This document shows, piece after piece, positions 28,876-38,898 of a stretch of DNA of 64,000 nt. Made by a program: the position numbers and the translations under genes. Positions within the stretch are counted from its first letter, which is position 1. Every line of letters begins with the position of its first letter. Source of the stretch: an uncultured virus (IMG/VR IMGVR_UViG_3300044997_001052). Its lineage: Duplodnaviria; Heunggongvirae; Uroviricota; Caudoviricetes. Where the stretch lies: IMG/VR virus record IMGVR_UViG_3300044997_001052; one strand, written 5' to 3'. The notes beneath the pieces were generated by a model. That model saw nothing but the letters and a program-made list of their open reading frames with translations, searched no databases and was not told where the DNA came from.

Positions 28876-29714
28876 TCGAAGTTTCTCTAAGGGATACAAC
28901 CTTTTCCCATGTACCAGATGGCATAGGATTAGGAAATACAAAAATTAGTCAAATAAAATTTAATAGAAACTCAGAAGAATGGTTAGATATTTGTTTTTTT
29001 ACAGATGGAAATATAAAAAATAATGATATTTTAAAAAGCAAAAGTAAGATTAATATAGCTTGGATAATCGAACCGTTATCCATTAATCTAGAAACATACG
29101 AAAAAGCATATCAAAATATAGATAAATATGATTATATTTTAACTCATAATTTAAATTTAATAAATGTTGATAGTAAAAAATGTTTTTATTATCCGTTTGG
29201 AGGATGTTGGATCAAACCAGAAGATAGAAAAGTATATGATAAAACTAAAAATTTTTCTATTATTGCTTCTGCAAAAAACTGGACTGTAGGCCACAGATTA
29301 AGACATGAAATTATAAAAAGATTTAATCAAAAAATAGATCTAATATGTGGAGAAGGTTATAAACCAATTGATTCTAAATTAGAAGCATTAAAAGATTATC
29401 GTTATTCTTTTATAATTGAAAATGACGATAATGATACATATTTTTCAGAAAAACTTATTGATTCACTAACGACAGGAACAATACCAATATTTTGGGGTAG
29501 CAAAATTGATTCATTTTTTGATATGAACGGTATTATTCGTTTAGATAATTTAGATCAAATAGAAGATCTTTTTAAGAAATGTGATTCAATATTTTATCAA
29601 TCTAAAAAAGAAAGTATACTAAATAACTTTGAAATTGCAAATCAATTTGTATGTCCAGAAGATTGGATTTATCATAACTTTTTAACTATAATATCAAAAG
29701 GAAATGAAATATGA
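28860..29714 (+). CDS. GT10 alpha-1,3-fucosyltransferase-like
   Basis: YRYSFIIEN...YFSEKL.D....GTIPIFWG. Confidence 0.8.
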   Translation: MDYHMIEVSLRDTTFSHVPDGIGLGNTKISQIKFNRNSEEWLDICFFTDGNIKNNDILKSKSKINIAWIIEPLSINLETYEKAYQNIDKYDYILTHNLNLINVDSKKCFYYPFGGCWIKPEDRKVYDKTKNFSIIASAKNWTVGHRLRHEIIKRFNQKIDLICGEGYKPIDSKLEALKDYRYSFIIENDDNDTYFSEKLIDSLTTGTIPIFWGSKIDSFFDMNGIIRLDNLDQIEDLFKKCDSIFYQSKKESILNNFEIANQFVCPEDWIYHNFLTIISKGNEI

Positions 29715-30478
29715 ATCAAACAAGCATTAGTGATACTCAAAAGTATAAAAACGCATGCAAAATGGCAACGATAAGTGATTTTCATTTTGATTTTTTTAAA
29801 AAAGATCAAGCCTATACAGAGATATTAGAACACGTAAATCAAGAACAAGGTCAAATGTATAAAGAATATTTAGACATACATTTCTCTGATTATAAAACAA
29901 AGCTTGATAAATTTAAAGAAAATGATATATATGGTAGTCCAGCAGTTTTTAACTATGCTGATTTAGGATTAATATCCCCAACAACTTTAAGATATATTAA
30001 GGTATTATCAGATCTAAAAAATTTATATGGATCATTAGATAATTTTAATATTGTAGAAATTGGCGTTGGATATGGCGGTCAATGTAAAATTATAAATGAC
30101 TTCTTTAATATCAGTAAATATTATTTAATTGATTTAGATGAAGCTTCTAGTCTAGCAAATAAATACCTCAATAGATTGAATGTGAACAGCGCAGAGGTTA
30201 TACGTTTTCAAGATCTACCAAATATAAATCTTAATTTCGATTTGATAATTAGCAACTATGCATTTACAGAGATAGATAAAAATATACAAGACATATATAT
30301 TGAAAAAATATTAAGAAAATCTAAGCATGGTTATATAACATGTAATTTTATAAGTCATTTTTGTAATATAGATTCATATAGCCTCGAACAACTAGAATCA
30401 AAATTATTAGAATTTAATACAAAAAGAGCAGCAGAATATCCTTTGACTCATAAAGATAATTTAATTTTATATTGGTAA
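29711..30478 (+). CDS. putative sugar O-methyltransferase
   Basis: PTTLRY, IVEIGVGYGG, ISNYAFTE. Confidence 0.75.
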   Translation: MNQTSISDTQKYKNACKMATISDFHFDFFKKDQAYTEILEHVNQEQGQMYKEYLDIHFSDYKTKLDKFKENDIYGSPAVFNYADLGLISPTTLRYIKVLSDLKNLYGSLDNFNIVEIGVGYGGQCKIINDFFNISKYYLIDLDEASSLANKYLNRLNVNSAEVIRFQDLPNINLNFDLIISNYAFTEIDKNIQDIYIEKILRKSKHGYITCNFISHFCNIDSYSLEQLESKLLEFNTKRAAEYPLTHKDNLILYW

Positions 30479-30747
30479 ATGATTCCAAAATTAATACATT
30501 TAATTTGGCTAGGAAATAATAAGCCAAAAATATTCGAAGAAACTTTAAAAATGTCGAGATTTACAGCGGCTCTACAATAGATACTTTAAAAAAGTTTATA
30601 TGTTTTAAAAGATTAATATTAAGTTTCGGGACATATAGCTGGTGGATGGGATTTTTAAGTAATGCCTCAAAAATATATATGAAAGATAAAATAGATAATG
30701 ATATAGATTTAGTGGTAAGAGATAACCCAAATTATATTATAATATAA
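30479..30747 (+). pseudogene. chimeric remnant: GT32-like 5' end joined out of frame to GT11-like 3' end
   Basis: MIPKLIHLIWLG in one frame; ILSFGTYSWWMGFLSNA in another. Confidence 0.7.
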
Positions 30748-30749
30748 TA

Positions 30750-30778
30750 TTGATTTTTATTTAAATTAAGGATAATAT
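30750..30778 (+). promoter_or_regulatory. sigma70-like promoter
   Basis: TTGATT-N17-TAATAT, ATG 6 nt downstream. Confidence 0.5.
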
Positions 30779-30784
30779 CATATT

Positions 30785-31930
30785 ATGAACTCAAATTTTC
30801 AAGAAACATATTATGGCAAAAAGATAGATACTTGCAATATTCTTAATATTGAAGATGCCAGCAGGATAATTAACGGAAGGAAAACGGTAGTAATAACTGG
30901 CGTTACTGGTCAAGATGGTAGTCATATGGTGGATTTTTTACTTAAAAATACAGACTATTTAATATTTGGCGGAGTCAGAAGATTAAGCGTTTATAATCAT
31001 GAAAACATTAGACATATTGATTCTGATCGATTTTATTTAATAAATTTCGATTTAACAGACTCTCATTCAATAGCAAGAACAATAGAAAAATTACAACCTG
31101 ATTATTTTATTAATTTTGCCGCTCAAAGCTTTGTTGCAAGTAGCTGGGATTTCGCAAGACAAACTTGGCAAACTAATTCTACAGCAGTTCTTGATATCTT
31201 AGAAGCTATAAGACTTTATAAACCATCTTGTAGGCTTTATCAAGCTGGTTCAAGTGAGGAATTTGGAAATGTTCAATATATACCTCAAGATGAAAATCAT
31301 CCACTAAGGCCAAGAAGTCCATATGGCGCAAGTAAAGCCGCTTCTAGACAATTAGTAAAAGTATATAGGGAATCTTATAATATTTACGCAATACAAGGAT
31401 GGCTGTTCAATCACGAAGGCATTAGAAGAAACGAACAGTTTGTGACAAGAAAAATTACAAAAAATGTAACAAGAATTTATAATGCTATAAAAAATAATGA
31501 AAATTTTAAACCACTAGAGCTTGGAAATATTGAAGCAAAAAGAGATTGGAGTGATGCAGAGGATTTTGTAGAAGGAGTATGGATGATGTTAAATCAAGAT
31601 AAGTATAATCCAAATTATAATGGTATTCCAAAAGAGTACATATTTTCTTCTAATGAAACTCATACAATTAAAGAATTCGCAGAGAAAGCTTTTAAATTTG
31701 CGGGTATCGAAGGCCAATGGATTGGAGAGGGAGAACATACGATTTTTATTGATAAAAACAAAAAAACTTTAATACAAATCAATCCAGCATTTTATAGGCC
31801 AGCAGAGGTTGAAATATTATTAGGAGACTCTACAAAAGCTAGAAAAGAATTAAATTGGAAACCTAGAATTTCATTTGACAATTTAGTAAAGAAAATGGTA
31901 GAATGGGATATTGAAAATATCAAATCATAA
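30785..31930 (+). CDS. gmd: GDP-mannose 4,6-dehydratase
   Basis: ITGVTGQDGS, AAQSFV, YQAGSSE, PRSPYGASK, LFNHE, RDW, RPAEV. Confidence 0.93.
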   Translation: MNSNFQETYYGKKIDTCNILNIEDASRIINGRKTVVITGVTGQDGSHMVDFLLKNTDYLIFGGVRRLSVYNHENIRHIDSDRFYLINFDLTDSHSIARTIEKLQPDYFINFAAQSFVASSWDFARQTWQTNSTAVLDILEAIRLYKPSCRLYQAGSSEEFGNVQYIPQDENHPLRPRSPYGASKAASRQLVKVYRESYNIYAIQGWLFNHEGIRRNEQFVTRKITKNVTRIYNAIKNNENFKPLELGNIEAKRDWSDAEDFVEGVWMMLNQDKYNPNYNGIPKEYIFSSNETHTIKEFAEKAFKFAGIEGQWIGEGEHTIFIDKNKKTLIQINPAFYRPAEVEILLGDSTKARKELNWKPRISFDNLVKKMVEWDIENIKS

Positions 31931-32255
31931 GCTTTGTCAATTTATAGTAAAAAAATTTATTAAAGGTAATATTAATTGGCCAAGAGAGATTAAAATAGCG
32001 CAAAAATTAGTAAAAAGATTCAATTCTTTTGAGTTTTGGTATAATCTTAGAGAGCTAGGAAGTCCGCCTCCATCCTTAGCCTGGTTTCTTAAATCCGAAG
32101 GAAAAGCTTTCATATTAAAGGAATATGAAGAATTTAATTTAAATTTAAATCAAGAACTCATAAATTTAAATAAAAATAAAATAGGAGAAGATAAAAAAGT
32201 TTGCCAAAAACCAAAAACACTGGTAGAATTTATTAGATATGGGAAGAAAACTTAG
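31911..32255 (+). CDS. hypothetical protein
   Basis: 114 aa ORF between gmd and recA. Confidence 0.65.
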   Translation: MKISNHKLCQFIVKKFIKGNINWPREIKIAQKLVKRFNSFEFWYNLRELGSPPPSLAWFLKSEGKAFILKEYEEFNLNLNQELINLNKNKIGEDKKVCQKPKTLVEFIRYGKKT

Positions 32256-33381
32256 AGAAGAGGCGGTTGAATTATCTGGACCAAGCGCGTCAGATAGATT
32301 ATTATCTTTTTTAAAAGATAATAAAGAAGATCATTATAATTTTCAAGAAGAAACTTATTATAAAGTATCTACTGGTAGTCTTAATTTAGATATAGCTACA
32401 AGCGGTGGTTTATGTCCAGGTTTGCATAGATTTATTGGTATGAATGAAGGCGGTAAAACGTCGGAGGCTCTGGAGGTAGCTAAAAATTTTCTCAAAACAA
32501 TAGACCAGTCTAGGGCATTACTTTTTAAAGCGGAAGGTCGTCTTAGCAAAGAAGTCAAAGAAAGATCTGGAATTAAATTTGTAACTGACCCAAAAGAATG
32601 GGTGGATGGCACATGTTTTGTATTTGAATGCAATATTTTTGAAACTGTATCAGAATTAATGAAAGATTTGATTCAATCAAATGATGAAAATAAAAGATAT
32701 ATCTTTATTCTTGATTCGGTTGATGGTCTTGTTACAAAAAACGATAAAGAAAAAACGTTTAGTGAAGCAACTAAAGTGGCGGGTGGCGCAGTTATTTCAT
32801 CAATGCTTATGAAGAAGATTTCTCTTGCGTTATCTAAACGTGGACACATGGCTATTTTTATAAGTCAAGTTCGCTCAGATATTAAGCTTGATCCTTACGC
32901 CGCAAATAAAGAAGTAAGACAAACTAGCGCGACTGGCGGTAATGCTTTATTGCATTTTGCAAATTGGATTCTTGAATTTGAACCTCGCTATAACAAAGAC
33001 CTTATTCTTGAAAAACCAAATGAAAAATATGATCCAGTAAAAAATAAAATCATTGGACATAATGTAAAAATTGCTATTAAAAAATCCACAAACGAAACAA
33101 CTAACTCTAAAGTTCAATACCCAATTAAATATGGCAGGAAAGACGGCTCATCTGTTTGGAGAGAGTATGAGATAATAGATCAAATATTGTCTTGGGAATT
33201 TGCTACAGCTAAAGGCGCGTGGGTAACATTTTCGGATGAGATTATAGAAGAATTTAAAAAATCTAATATTGAACTTAAAAAACAACATCAAGGCATAGAT
33301 AATCTAAGGTCTTATTTAGAACAAAACAAAGAAATTACAAATTACTTTTATACTAAGTTTATTAACACGCTTGCATCATGA
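32239..33381 (+). CDS. recA: RecA/UvsX-like recombinase
   Basis: STGSLNLDIA, G.NEGGKT Walker A, ILDSV, FISQVR, TGGNAL. Confidence 0.88.
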   Translation: MGRKLREEAVELSGPSASDRLLSFLKDNKEDHYNFQEETYYKVSTGSLNLDIATSGGLCPGLHRFIGMNEGGKTSEALEVAKNFLKTIDQSRALLFKAEGRLSKEVKERSGIKFVTDPKEWVDGTCFVFECNIFETVSELMKDLIQSNDENKRYIFILDSVDGLVTKNDKEKTFSEATKVAGGAVISSMLMKKISLALSKRGHMAIFISQVRSDIKLDPYAANKEVRQTSATGGNALLHFANWILEFEPRYNKDLILEKPNEKYDPVKNKIIGHNVKIAIKKSTNETTNSKVQYPIKYGRKDGSSVWREYEIIDQILSWEFATAKGAWVTFSDEIIEEFKKSNIELKKQHQGIDNLRSYLEQNKEITNYFYTKFINTLAS

Positions 33382-33797
33382 GGTTACTAAATATTAGCGG
33401 TAAATTCGTTAATAAAAATGTAAGAAATTATCTTATAGATTGGGAAGGTAAAAGTCGTAGTAAATTACAATTTAAATTTAAACAATTTTTTTATCCTTAT
33501 TGGAAAAATCATATTGTTTATGAAGAATTTCCCGTATATGGAAGTATGCTTAAAGTTGATATATTAAATGCAACAAAAAAGATAGCAGTTGAGATACAAG
33601 GCAATCAACACGAATCATTTAATGAATTTTTTCATGATCATTCTAGATTAAAATATCTTCAAGGTATAAAAAGAGATGTAAAAAAAGAAAAATGGTTAGA
33701 TATGAATGAATTTAAATTCCTTGAATTATATGAAAATGATTTAAAAAATTTATCACCACAATATATAGAAGAAAAAACTGGAATTTTAATTATTTAA
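33378..33797 (+). CDS. DUF559/Vsr-like PD-(D/E)XK endonuclease
   Basis: EEFPV, VD, IAVEIQG.QH, RD..K. Confidence 0.7.
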   Translation: MRLLNISGKFVNKNVRNYLIDWEGKSRSKLQFKFKQFFYPYWKNHIVYEEFPVYGSMLKVDILNATKKIAVEIQGNQHESFNEFFHDHSRLKYLQGIKRDVKKEKWLDMNEFKFLELYENDLKNLSPQYIEEKTGILII

Positions 33798-33803
33798 GTG
33801 TAA
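33798..33803 (+). promoter_or_regulatory. GTGTAA motif
   Basis: 9 nt before GTG at 33813. Confidence 0.55.
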
Positions 33804-33812
33804 AAGTTTTTG

Positions 33813-34091
33813 GTGACAAATAAGAAAAAAACCTTTAAAATACCAGATTCTCTTCTTAAACAAATTGACGAATGCAGTTTTGGCGGATATATTCTTTTTA
33901 ATTTTTCAAGCAAAGGTGAGCCTCAAGTATTTACAAAATTTGATAACCAAATAAATGCTATGGCTCTTCTATATTACATTAATACATGGAGCCAGAGCAT
34001 AGATCAATTAAATTTAGAAGCAACCACAGACCAAATAGCAAAGACTAATCAAGATGACGATAATTTTGACGAACCAGAAAATAAAGATTAA
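33813..34091 (+). CDS. hypothetical protein with acidic tail
   Basis: ORF 33810..34091; GTG 33813 fits the motif spacing. Confidence 0.65.
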   Translation: MTNKKKTFKIPDSLLKQIDECSFGGYILFNFSSKGEPQVFTKFDNQINAMALLYYINTWSQSIDQLNLEATTDQIAKTNQDDDNFDEPENKD

Positions 34092-34094
34092 AAC

Positions 34095-34123
34095 TTGACT
34101 TTTAATTTTTGTTTTGGTATCAT
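34095..34123 (+). promoter_or_regulatory. sigma70-like promoter
   Basis: TTGACT-N17-TATCAT, ATG at 34133. Confidence 0.65.
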
Positions 34124-34132
34124 ATATATTGG

Positions 34133-35617
34133 ATGATTTACTCTTTACAAGTAGAAAGACATGTACTAAGCGGGTTACTTAAACATCAAGACCTCTTTGC
34201 GGATATTGATGTGTTTTTAACTGAAAATGATTTTTATAATGATGTCCATTCTACTATATATACTGTATTTAAAAATATAAGACACAAAGGAGAAAATGTA
34301 GATAAAATATTATTAGCCGAGAAGATAAAGAATCTGGGGATTTCATTTAAAGACGAAATTAACATCTTTGATTATATTGATAATTTAAGTTTTTCCCAAA
34401 TCACGGAAGAAGCAACCATGACTGCTTGCAAAGAATTAATTAAGCTAAGAATAAGAAGAGAGATTTCTCAAACAGCAGATAAACTAAAAGAATATGTTAA
34501 TAAAAACTCAGAAGATTCGGTAGATCAGATTATTGGTAAAATAGATCAAATATACAATAAAAAAATATCATCATATTCTGAAAATGATGCGCCAATTAAT
34601 ATTTTTGAAGGAGTAGAAGATCTTATTGAGGATATTGGAAATACGCCAAAGGATGAAACAGGATTAATTACTCCATATTCAGAATTTAATAGGATGTATG
34701 GTGGTTTAAAGAATAATAATATTTATGCTATTGCGAGCAGGCCTGGTCAAGGGAAATCGACCTGGCTAAATGATATTTGTTTTAAAACTTCTATTAATGC
34801 AAAAAATAAAGCTAAAACATTAATTCTTGATACAGAAATGCAAACGATGGATATACAATTGCGCATGGTAGCATCTTTAACAGATGTTCCAGTTTGGTAT
34901 CTTGAAACTGGTAACTGGCGTAAGAATGAAGAGATGACAAAGAAAGTAAGAGCAGCTTGGGAAAAAGTAAAAACATACGAATATTTCCATTACCATGTAG
35001 GAAATAAAAATATAGATCAAGTATGCTCTATTATTCGCAGATGGTATCTTTCAAAAGTTGGTCGCGGAAATCAAGCGATGATTGCTTATGACTATATTAA
35101 ATTAACTGGCGAAAGGGTCGGAGCAAATTGGGCAGAGCATCAAGCCATCGGGGAAAAGATTGATAAACTCAAAAGAGTTTCAGAGGAAATACATTGCCCT
35201 ATTGTTACTGCTATGCAATTAAATAGGACTGGCGAAAGTTTTAATAGAAATTCTAATAATGTCGTAGATGATAGCTCTGTCATTTCTCTTTCGGATAGAC
35301 TGCAATGGTTTGCTTCATTTGTAGCTATTTTTAGAAGAAAGACTTTAGACGAAGTTACGCTAGATGGTCAAGCGTTTGGAACACATAAATTAATTTCAAC
35401 AAAAACTAGATTCCAAGGTAAAGACGCGGCTGGGCATCAAGATCTTGTCCGAAGACTAGATTCTTCTGGAAAAGAAATATGGGCGCAAAATTATCTTAAT
35501 TATCAAGTAACAAATTTTAATATAGAAGAACGCGGGTCTTTAAGAGATGTTGCCGAAAGTCAAAGAGAACAATATGAACTAAATGATTCTAATAGAAATG
35601 ATGGAGAACTATTATGA
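34133..35617 (+). CDS. dnaB: replicative DNA helicase
   Basis: ASRPGQGKS, DTEM, YDYIKL, QLNR. Confidence 0.92.
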   Translation: MIYSLQVERHVLSGLLKHQDLFADIDVFLTENDFYNDVHSTIYTVFKNIRHKGENVDKILLAEKIKNLGISFKDEINIFDYIDNLSFSQITEEATMTACKELIKLRIRREISQTADKLKEYVNKNSEDSVDQIIGKIDQIYNKKISSYSENDAPINIFEGVEDLIEDIGNTPKDETGLITPYSEFNRMYGGLKNNNIYAIASRPGQGKSTWLNDICFKTSINAKNKAKTLILDTEMQTMDIQLRMVASLTDVPVWYLETGNWRKNEEMTKKVRAAWEKVKTYEYFHYHVGNKNIDQVCSIIRRWYLSKVGRGNQAMIAYDYIKLTGERVGANWAEHQAIGEKIDKLKRVSEEIHCPIVTAMQLNRTGESFNRNSNNVVDDSSVISLSDRLQWFASFVAIFRRKTLDEVTLDGQAFGTHKLISTKTRFQGKDAAGHQDLVRRLDSSGKEIWAQNYLNYQVTNFNIEERGSLRDVAESQREQYELNDSNRNDGELL

Positions 35618-36270
35618 ATGTTGAATTAATATCTATAACAAAACCAGATATCAAAGATCTTAAAAAAGCAGAAGATTTAGTCGCTTATTGCGCTAGAGTA
35701 AGCAATCCTTCCAATCAATTAAATTTAGATACTGCGCCTAAATTATTAAAATTTTTAATAAACCATAAACATTGGTCGCCATTTGAGATGGTAGATATGT
35801 GCGTAGAGATTAAGACTAGTAGAGCTATTGCGGCTCAAATCTTAAGACATAGATCGTTTTTTTTTCAAGAGTATAGTTTAAGATATAGCACCGCCGTAGA
35901 TTACGAAGATATTGAATTAAGACTACAAGGAGATAAAAATAGGCAAGTTGGAGAAAAATTATTGCCAACAGGCACAGATGCCTATGATAAAATTAATGAA
36001 CTTTTAGTAGAATCTTTGTCATTATCACAGCATTGTTATGAAACTATGATAGAAAATGGAGTAGCAAAAGAAGTCGCTAGAATGATACTACCTCTAACTA
36101 CGCAAACAACCATGTATATGAAGGGCTCTTTAAGGAGCTGGATACATTATATAGAATTAAGAACAGAACAAAATACACAAAAAGAACATAGAGAAATTGC
36201 TAAAAAATGTAAAAAAATATTTATTAAAGAATTTCCAATAATTAGCGAGGCTTTAGAATGGAACAAATAA
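35614..36270 (+). CDS. thyX: FAD-dependent thymidylate synthase
   Basis: HWSPFE, RHRS-X6-S motif, EVARMILP, Q.EHR. Confidence 0.93.
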   Translation: MNVELISITKPDIKDLKKAEDLVAYCARVSNPSNQLNLDTAPKLLKFLINHKHWSPFEMVDMCVEIKTSRAIAAQILRHRSFFFQEYSLRYSTAVDYEDIELRLQGDKNRQVGEKLLPTGTDAYDKINELLVESLSLSQHCYETMIENGVAKEVARMILPLTTQTTMYMKGSLRSWIHYIELRTEQNTQKEHREIAKKCKKIFIKEFPIISEALEWNK

Positions 36271-37163
36271 GCATTTACGAGATCCTAACAGAGCTAGGAT
36301 ATCAATTAAAAGATTATGGTAAAGAATTCAGAACAAAACCTCTTTATAGAGACAGCGACAATGATACTGTGTTAAGAATCTATAAAGATACAGGAAAATG
36401 GTTTGACTTTAAACAAAATATTAGCGGAGATATAAATTCGCTAGTAAGATTAACTTTAAAAATTGATGATCCAGATAAAGCTCAAGAATGGTTAAAAAAT
36501 AAAAATTTTACCACAAACTATAGCATAGAATATACAAAGCCAATTCTTAAATCAACAAAAAAATTTGATATTAATTTATTAGATAATCTCGAGTATAATC
36601 ATTTGTATTGGAACAAAAGATCTATAACTAATGATACTTTAATCCAATTTAAAGGTGGAGTTGGAAAAGCTGGTAAAATGAAAAATAGATATGTTTTTCC
36701 AATTTTTGATATAAGAAATGATATAATTGGTTTTTCTGGTAGAGATATTACTAATTTATCTAAAATAAAATGGAAACACCTTGGAGAAAAAAATGATTTT
36801 TTATATCCTTTATTTTTAAATTCAAATATTATCGAAGAACAAAAAGAAATCATTCTTGTAGAAAGCATTGGGGATATGCTTAGTCTTTGGCAAAATAATA
36901 TTAAAAATGTACTAGTTATTTTTGGCACAAATCTTAGCCTTTCAATTCTAAATTATTGTTTAAAAATAGATATGAAGAAAATATATATAAGTTTAAATAA
37001 TGATATTGAAAAAAATAAAGCAGGAAATATTGCTTCAGAAAAAACCTATTTTAGACTTAAAAGATACTTTGATGATAAACAACTTAAAATAGCATTACCA
37101 ATAAAAAAAGATTTTGGTGAAATGACCTCTAAAGAAATATTACAATGGAAAAAGAATCTTTAA
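36258..37163 (+). CDS. dnaG: DNA primase (TOPRIM)
   Basis: FPI....IIGFSGR, LVESIGD, NND, KDFGE. Confidence 0.85.
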   Translation: MEQISIYEILTELGYQLKDYGKEFRTKPLYRDSDNDTVLRIYKDTGKWFDFKQNISGDINSLVRLTLKIDDPDKAQEWLKNKNFTTNYSIEYTKPILKSTKKFDINLLDNLEYNHLYWNKRSITNDTLIQFKGGVGKAGKMKNRYVFPIFDIRNDIIGFSGRDITNLSKIKWKHLGEKNDFLYPLFLNSNIIEEQKEIILVESIGDMLSLWQNNIKNVLVIFGTNLSLSILNYCLKIDMKKIYISLNNDIEKNKAGNIASEKTYFRLKRYFDDKQLKIALPIKKDFGEMTSKEILQWKKNL

Positions 37164-38119
37164 AAATATTATCTGCTTCAAGAATTAAAACTCTTGAAAC
37201 TTGTTCTTGGGTTTATTGGAATAATTATCATATTAAAGCTCCTCAGACTCAAAACGATGGTAGTTTGAGAGGCACGATTTGCCACATAATTTTTGAGCTT
37301 CTTTTAAATCCAAAGCATAAAAATCATTATAATAAAATACTAAAAGCAAATTCTATTACTGGAAGCAAAGCTATAACTAAATTAGTTAAAAAATTAAAAT
37401 CAAAAGTAAAGCTTGATGAGTCAAATTTTGAAATATTAGATCAGATGATTATGGTTGGATTAAAGCATGATTTTTTTGGAGAAAAAGATGGAAAGATTGT
37501 GTCTCCAGAATATGCTTTTGAAATTAAAAATGATAATCCTAAATATCATATTAAGGGTTTTATTGATAAGCCTATAAAATCAAAAAATAAAATGGTTATA
37601 ATTGACTATAAAAGCTCTAAAGCTAAATTTAGGGGAGATGACCTAGAAGCCAATATTCAAGCTATGATGTATAGTTTAGCAAGTAAAAAATTATGGCCAA
37701 AATTAAAACCTATCATAAGATTTCTATTTCTTAGGTTTCCCAAACAACCAATACAAGAGCTAGAGTTTACAGAGGACCAAATAAAAGGATTTGAGCATTA
37801 TTTAGAGCATATTAATGACTATATTAATAATTTTGATGAAAATTCGGCTAAAGTTAATTTTGCTATAGATAACGATAAAAGTAAATGGATGTGTGGTGTT
37901 GGTAATTGGAAATGTCCATACAAAGACCCTTATGATTATTATGTTAAATTAAATAATAAAAATGAAATAGTAGAATCTAATTTTGATGGTAATTTTAAAA
38001 ATATAGAGGGGTTTATAATAGAGAAAAGAAAATACCAAGGATGTCCTAGATTTAATACTCAAACGCCCAAAATGAAAGACGAATTTCTTGATCTAAATAA
38101 AGATGAGTTTTTAGATTGA
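37145..38119 (+). CDS. PD-(D/E)XK exonuclease (RecB/Cas4-like)
   Basis: LSASRI, RGTICH, GFID, IIDYKSS, Q..MY. Confidence 0.85.
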   Translation: MEKESLKILSASRIKTLETCSWVYWNNYHIKAPQTQNDGSLRGTICHIIFELLLNPKHKNHYNKILKANSITGSKAITKLVKKLKSKVKLDESNFEILDQMIMVGLKHDFFGEKDGKIVSPEYAFEIKNDNPKYHIKGFIDKPIKSKNKMVIIDYKSSKAKFRGDDLEANIQAMMYSLASKKLWPKLKPIIRFLFLRFPKQPIQELEFTEDQIKGFEHYLEHINDYINNFDENSAKVNFAIDNDKSKWMCGVGNWKCPYKDPYDYYVKLNNKNEIVESNFDGNFKNIEGFIIEKRKYQGCPRFNTQTPKMKDEFLDLNKDEFLD

Positions 38120-38144
38120 AATTAAACTAAATCTATAATATACT
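38116..38144 (+). promoter_or_regulatory. sigma70-like promoter
   Basis: TTGAAA-N17-TATACT, ATG 7 nt downstream. Confidence 0.6.
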
Positions 38145-38151
38145 AAATAAA

Positions 38152-38898
38152 ATGATACCATTGTTTAAATCTCATTATTCATTAGGAAGATCTATATTAA
38201 CCTTAGAGGACAAGAACGAATCTGATGATTATCCAGATTCGATTATTCAAATAGCAAAAGAGCATAAATTAAAAGAAATATCTATTGTAGAAGATAATAT
38301 GTCGTCTTTTTTAGAGGCATATACTAATACAAAAAATAATAATATTAAATTAAATTATGGATTAAGAATTTCTATCACCGAATCAACAACAGATAAGAGC
38401 GAAGAATCAATACAAAAAACATCAAAAATAATACTATTTTTTAAGAACAAAAATGGCTATGAAAAATTAACTAAACTATTTAGTATTGCTGCAAAATCTG
38501 GTTTTTATTATGGCCCTAGACTTGATTACAAAATTTTACAAGAAAATTGGAATGAAGATTTAATTTTAGTTATACCATTTTATGATTCATTTATATTCAA
38601 TAATACTTTAAAAAATATGATTTGCATACCTCAATTTGAATTCACAAAACCAATTATGTTTATTGAAGATAATGATTTACCATTTGATGATATTATTAAA
38701 AATAAAGTTAAAAAATACGCAGAAGAAAACTCTTTAGAAGTTTATAAAGTAAAAAGTATATACTACAATAAAAAGAAAGACTTCAAATCTTACTTAACAT
38801 TTAGATGCATTAATAACAGAAGCATATTAAACAAGCCAGAACTAGAACATATGTCTAGTAATGATTTCTCTTTTGAGAGCTATATGAGGACAAGATAA
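38152..38898 (+). CDS. stand-alone PHP domain of DNA polymerase III alpha
   Basis: KSHYSL..S, KN..GY..L.KL.S, FYY.PRLD. Confidence 0.8.
   Translation: MIPLFKSHYSLGRSILTLEDKNESDDYPDSIIQIAKEHKLKEISIVEDNMSSFLEAYTNTKNNNIKLNYGLRISITESTTDKSEESIQKTSKIILFFKNKNGYEKLTKLFSIAAKSGFYYGPRLDYKILQENWNEDLILVIPFYDSFIFNNTLKNMICIPQFEFTKPIMFIEDNDLPFDDIIKNKVKKYAEENSLEVYKVKSIYYNKKKDFKSYLTFRCINNRSILNKPELEHMSSNDFSFESYMRTR

Noticed and set aside
37145..38119. CRISPR-associated Cas4
   Set aside because: Sits inside the replication module with no cas1/cas2 or array; better read as a phage RecB-like exonuclease
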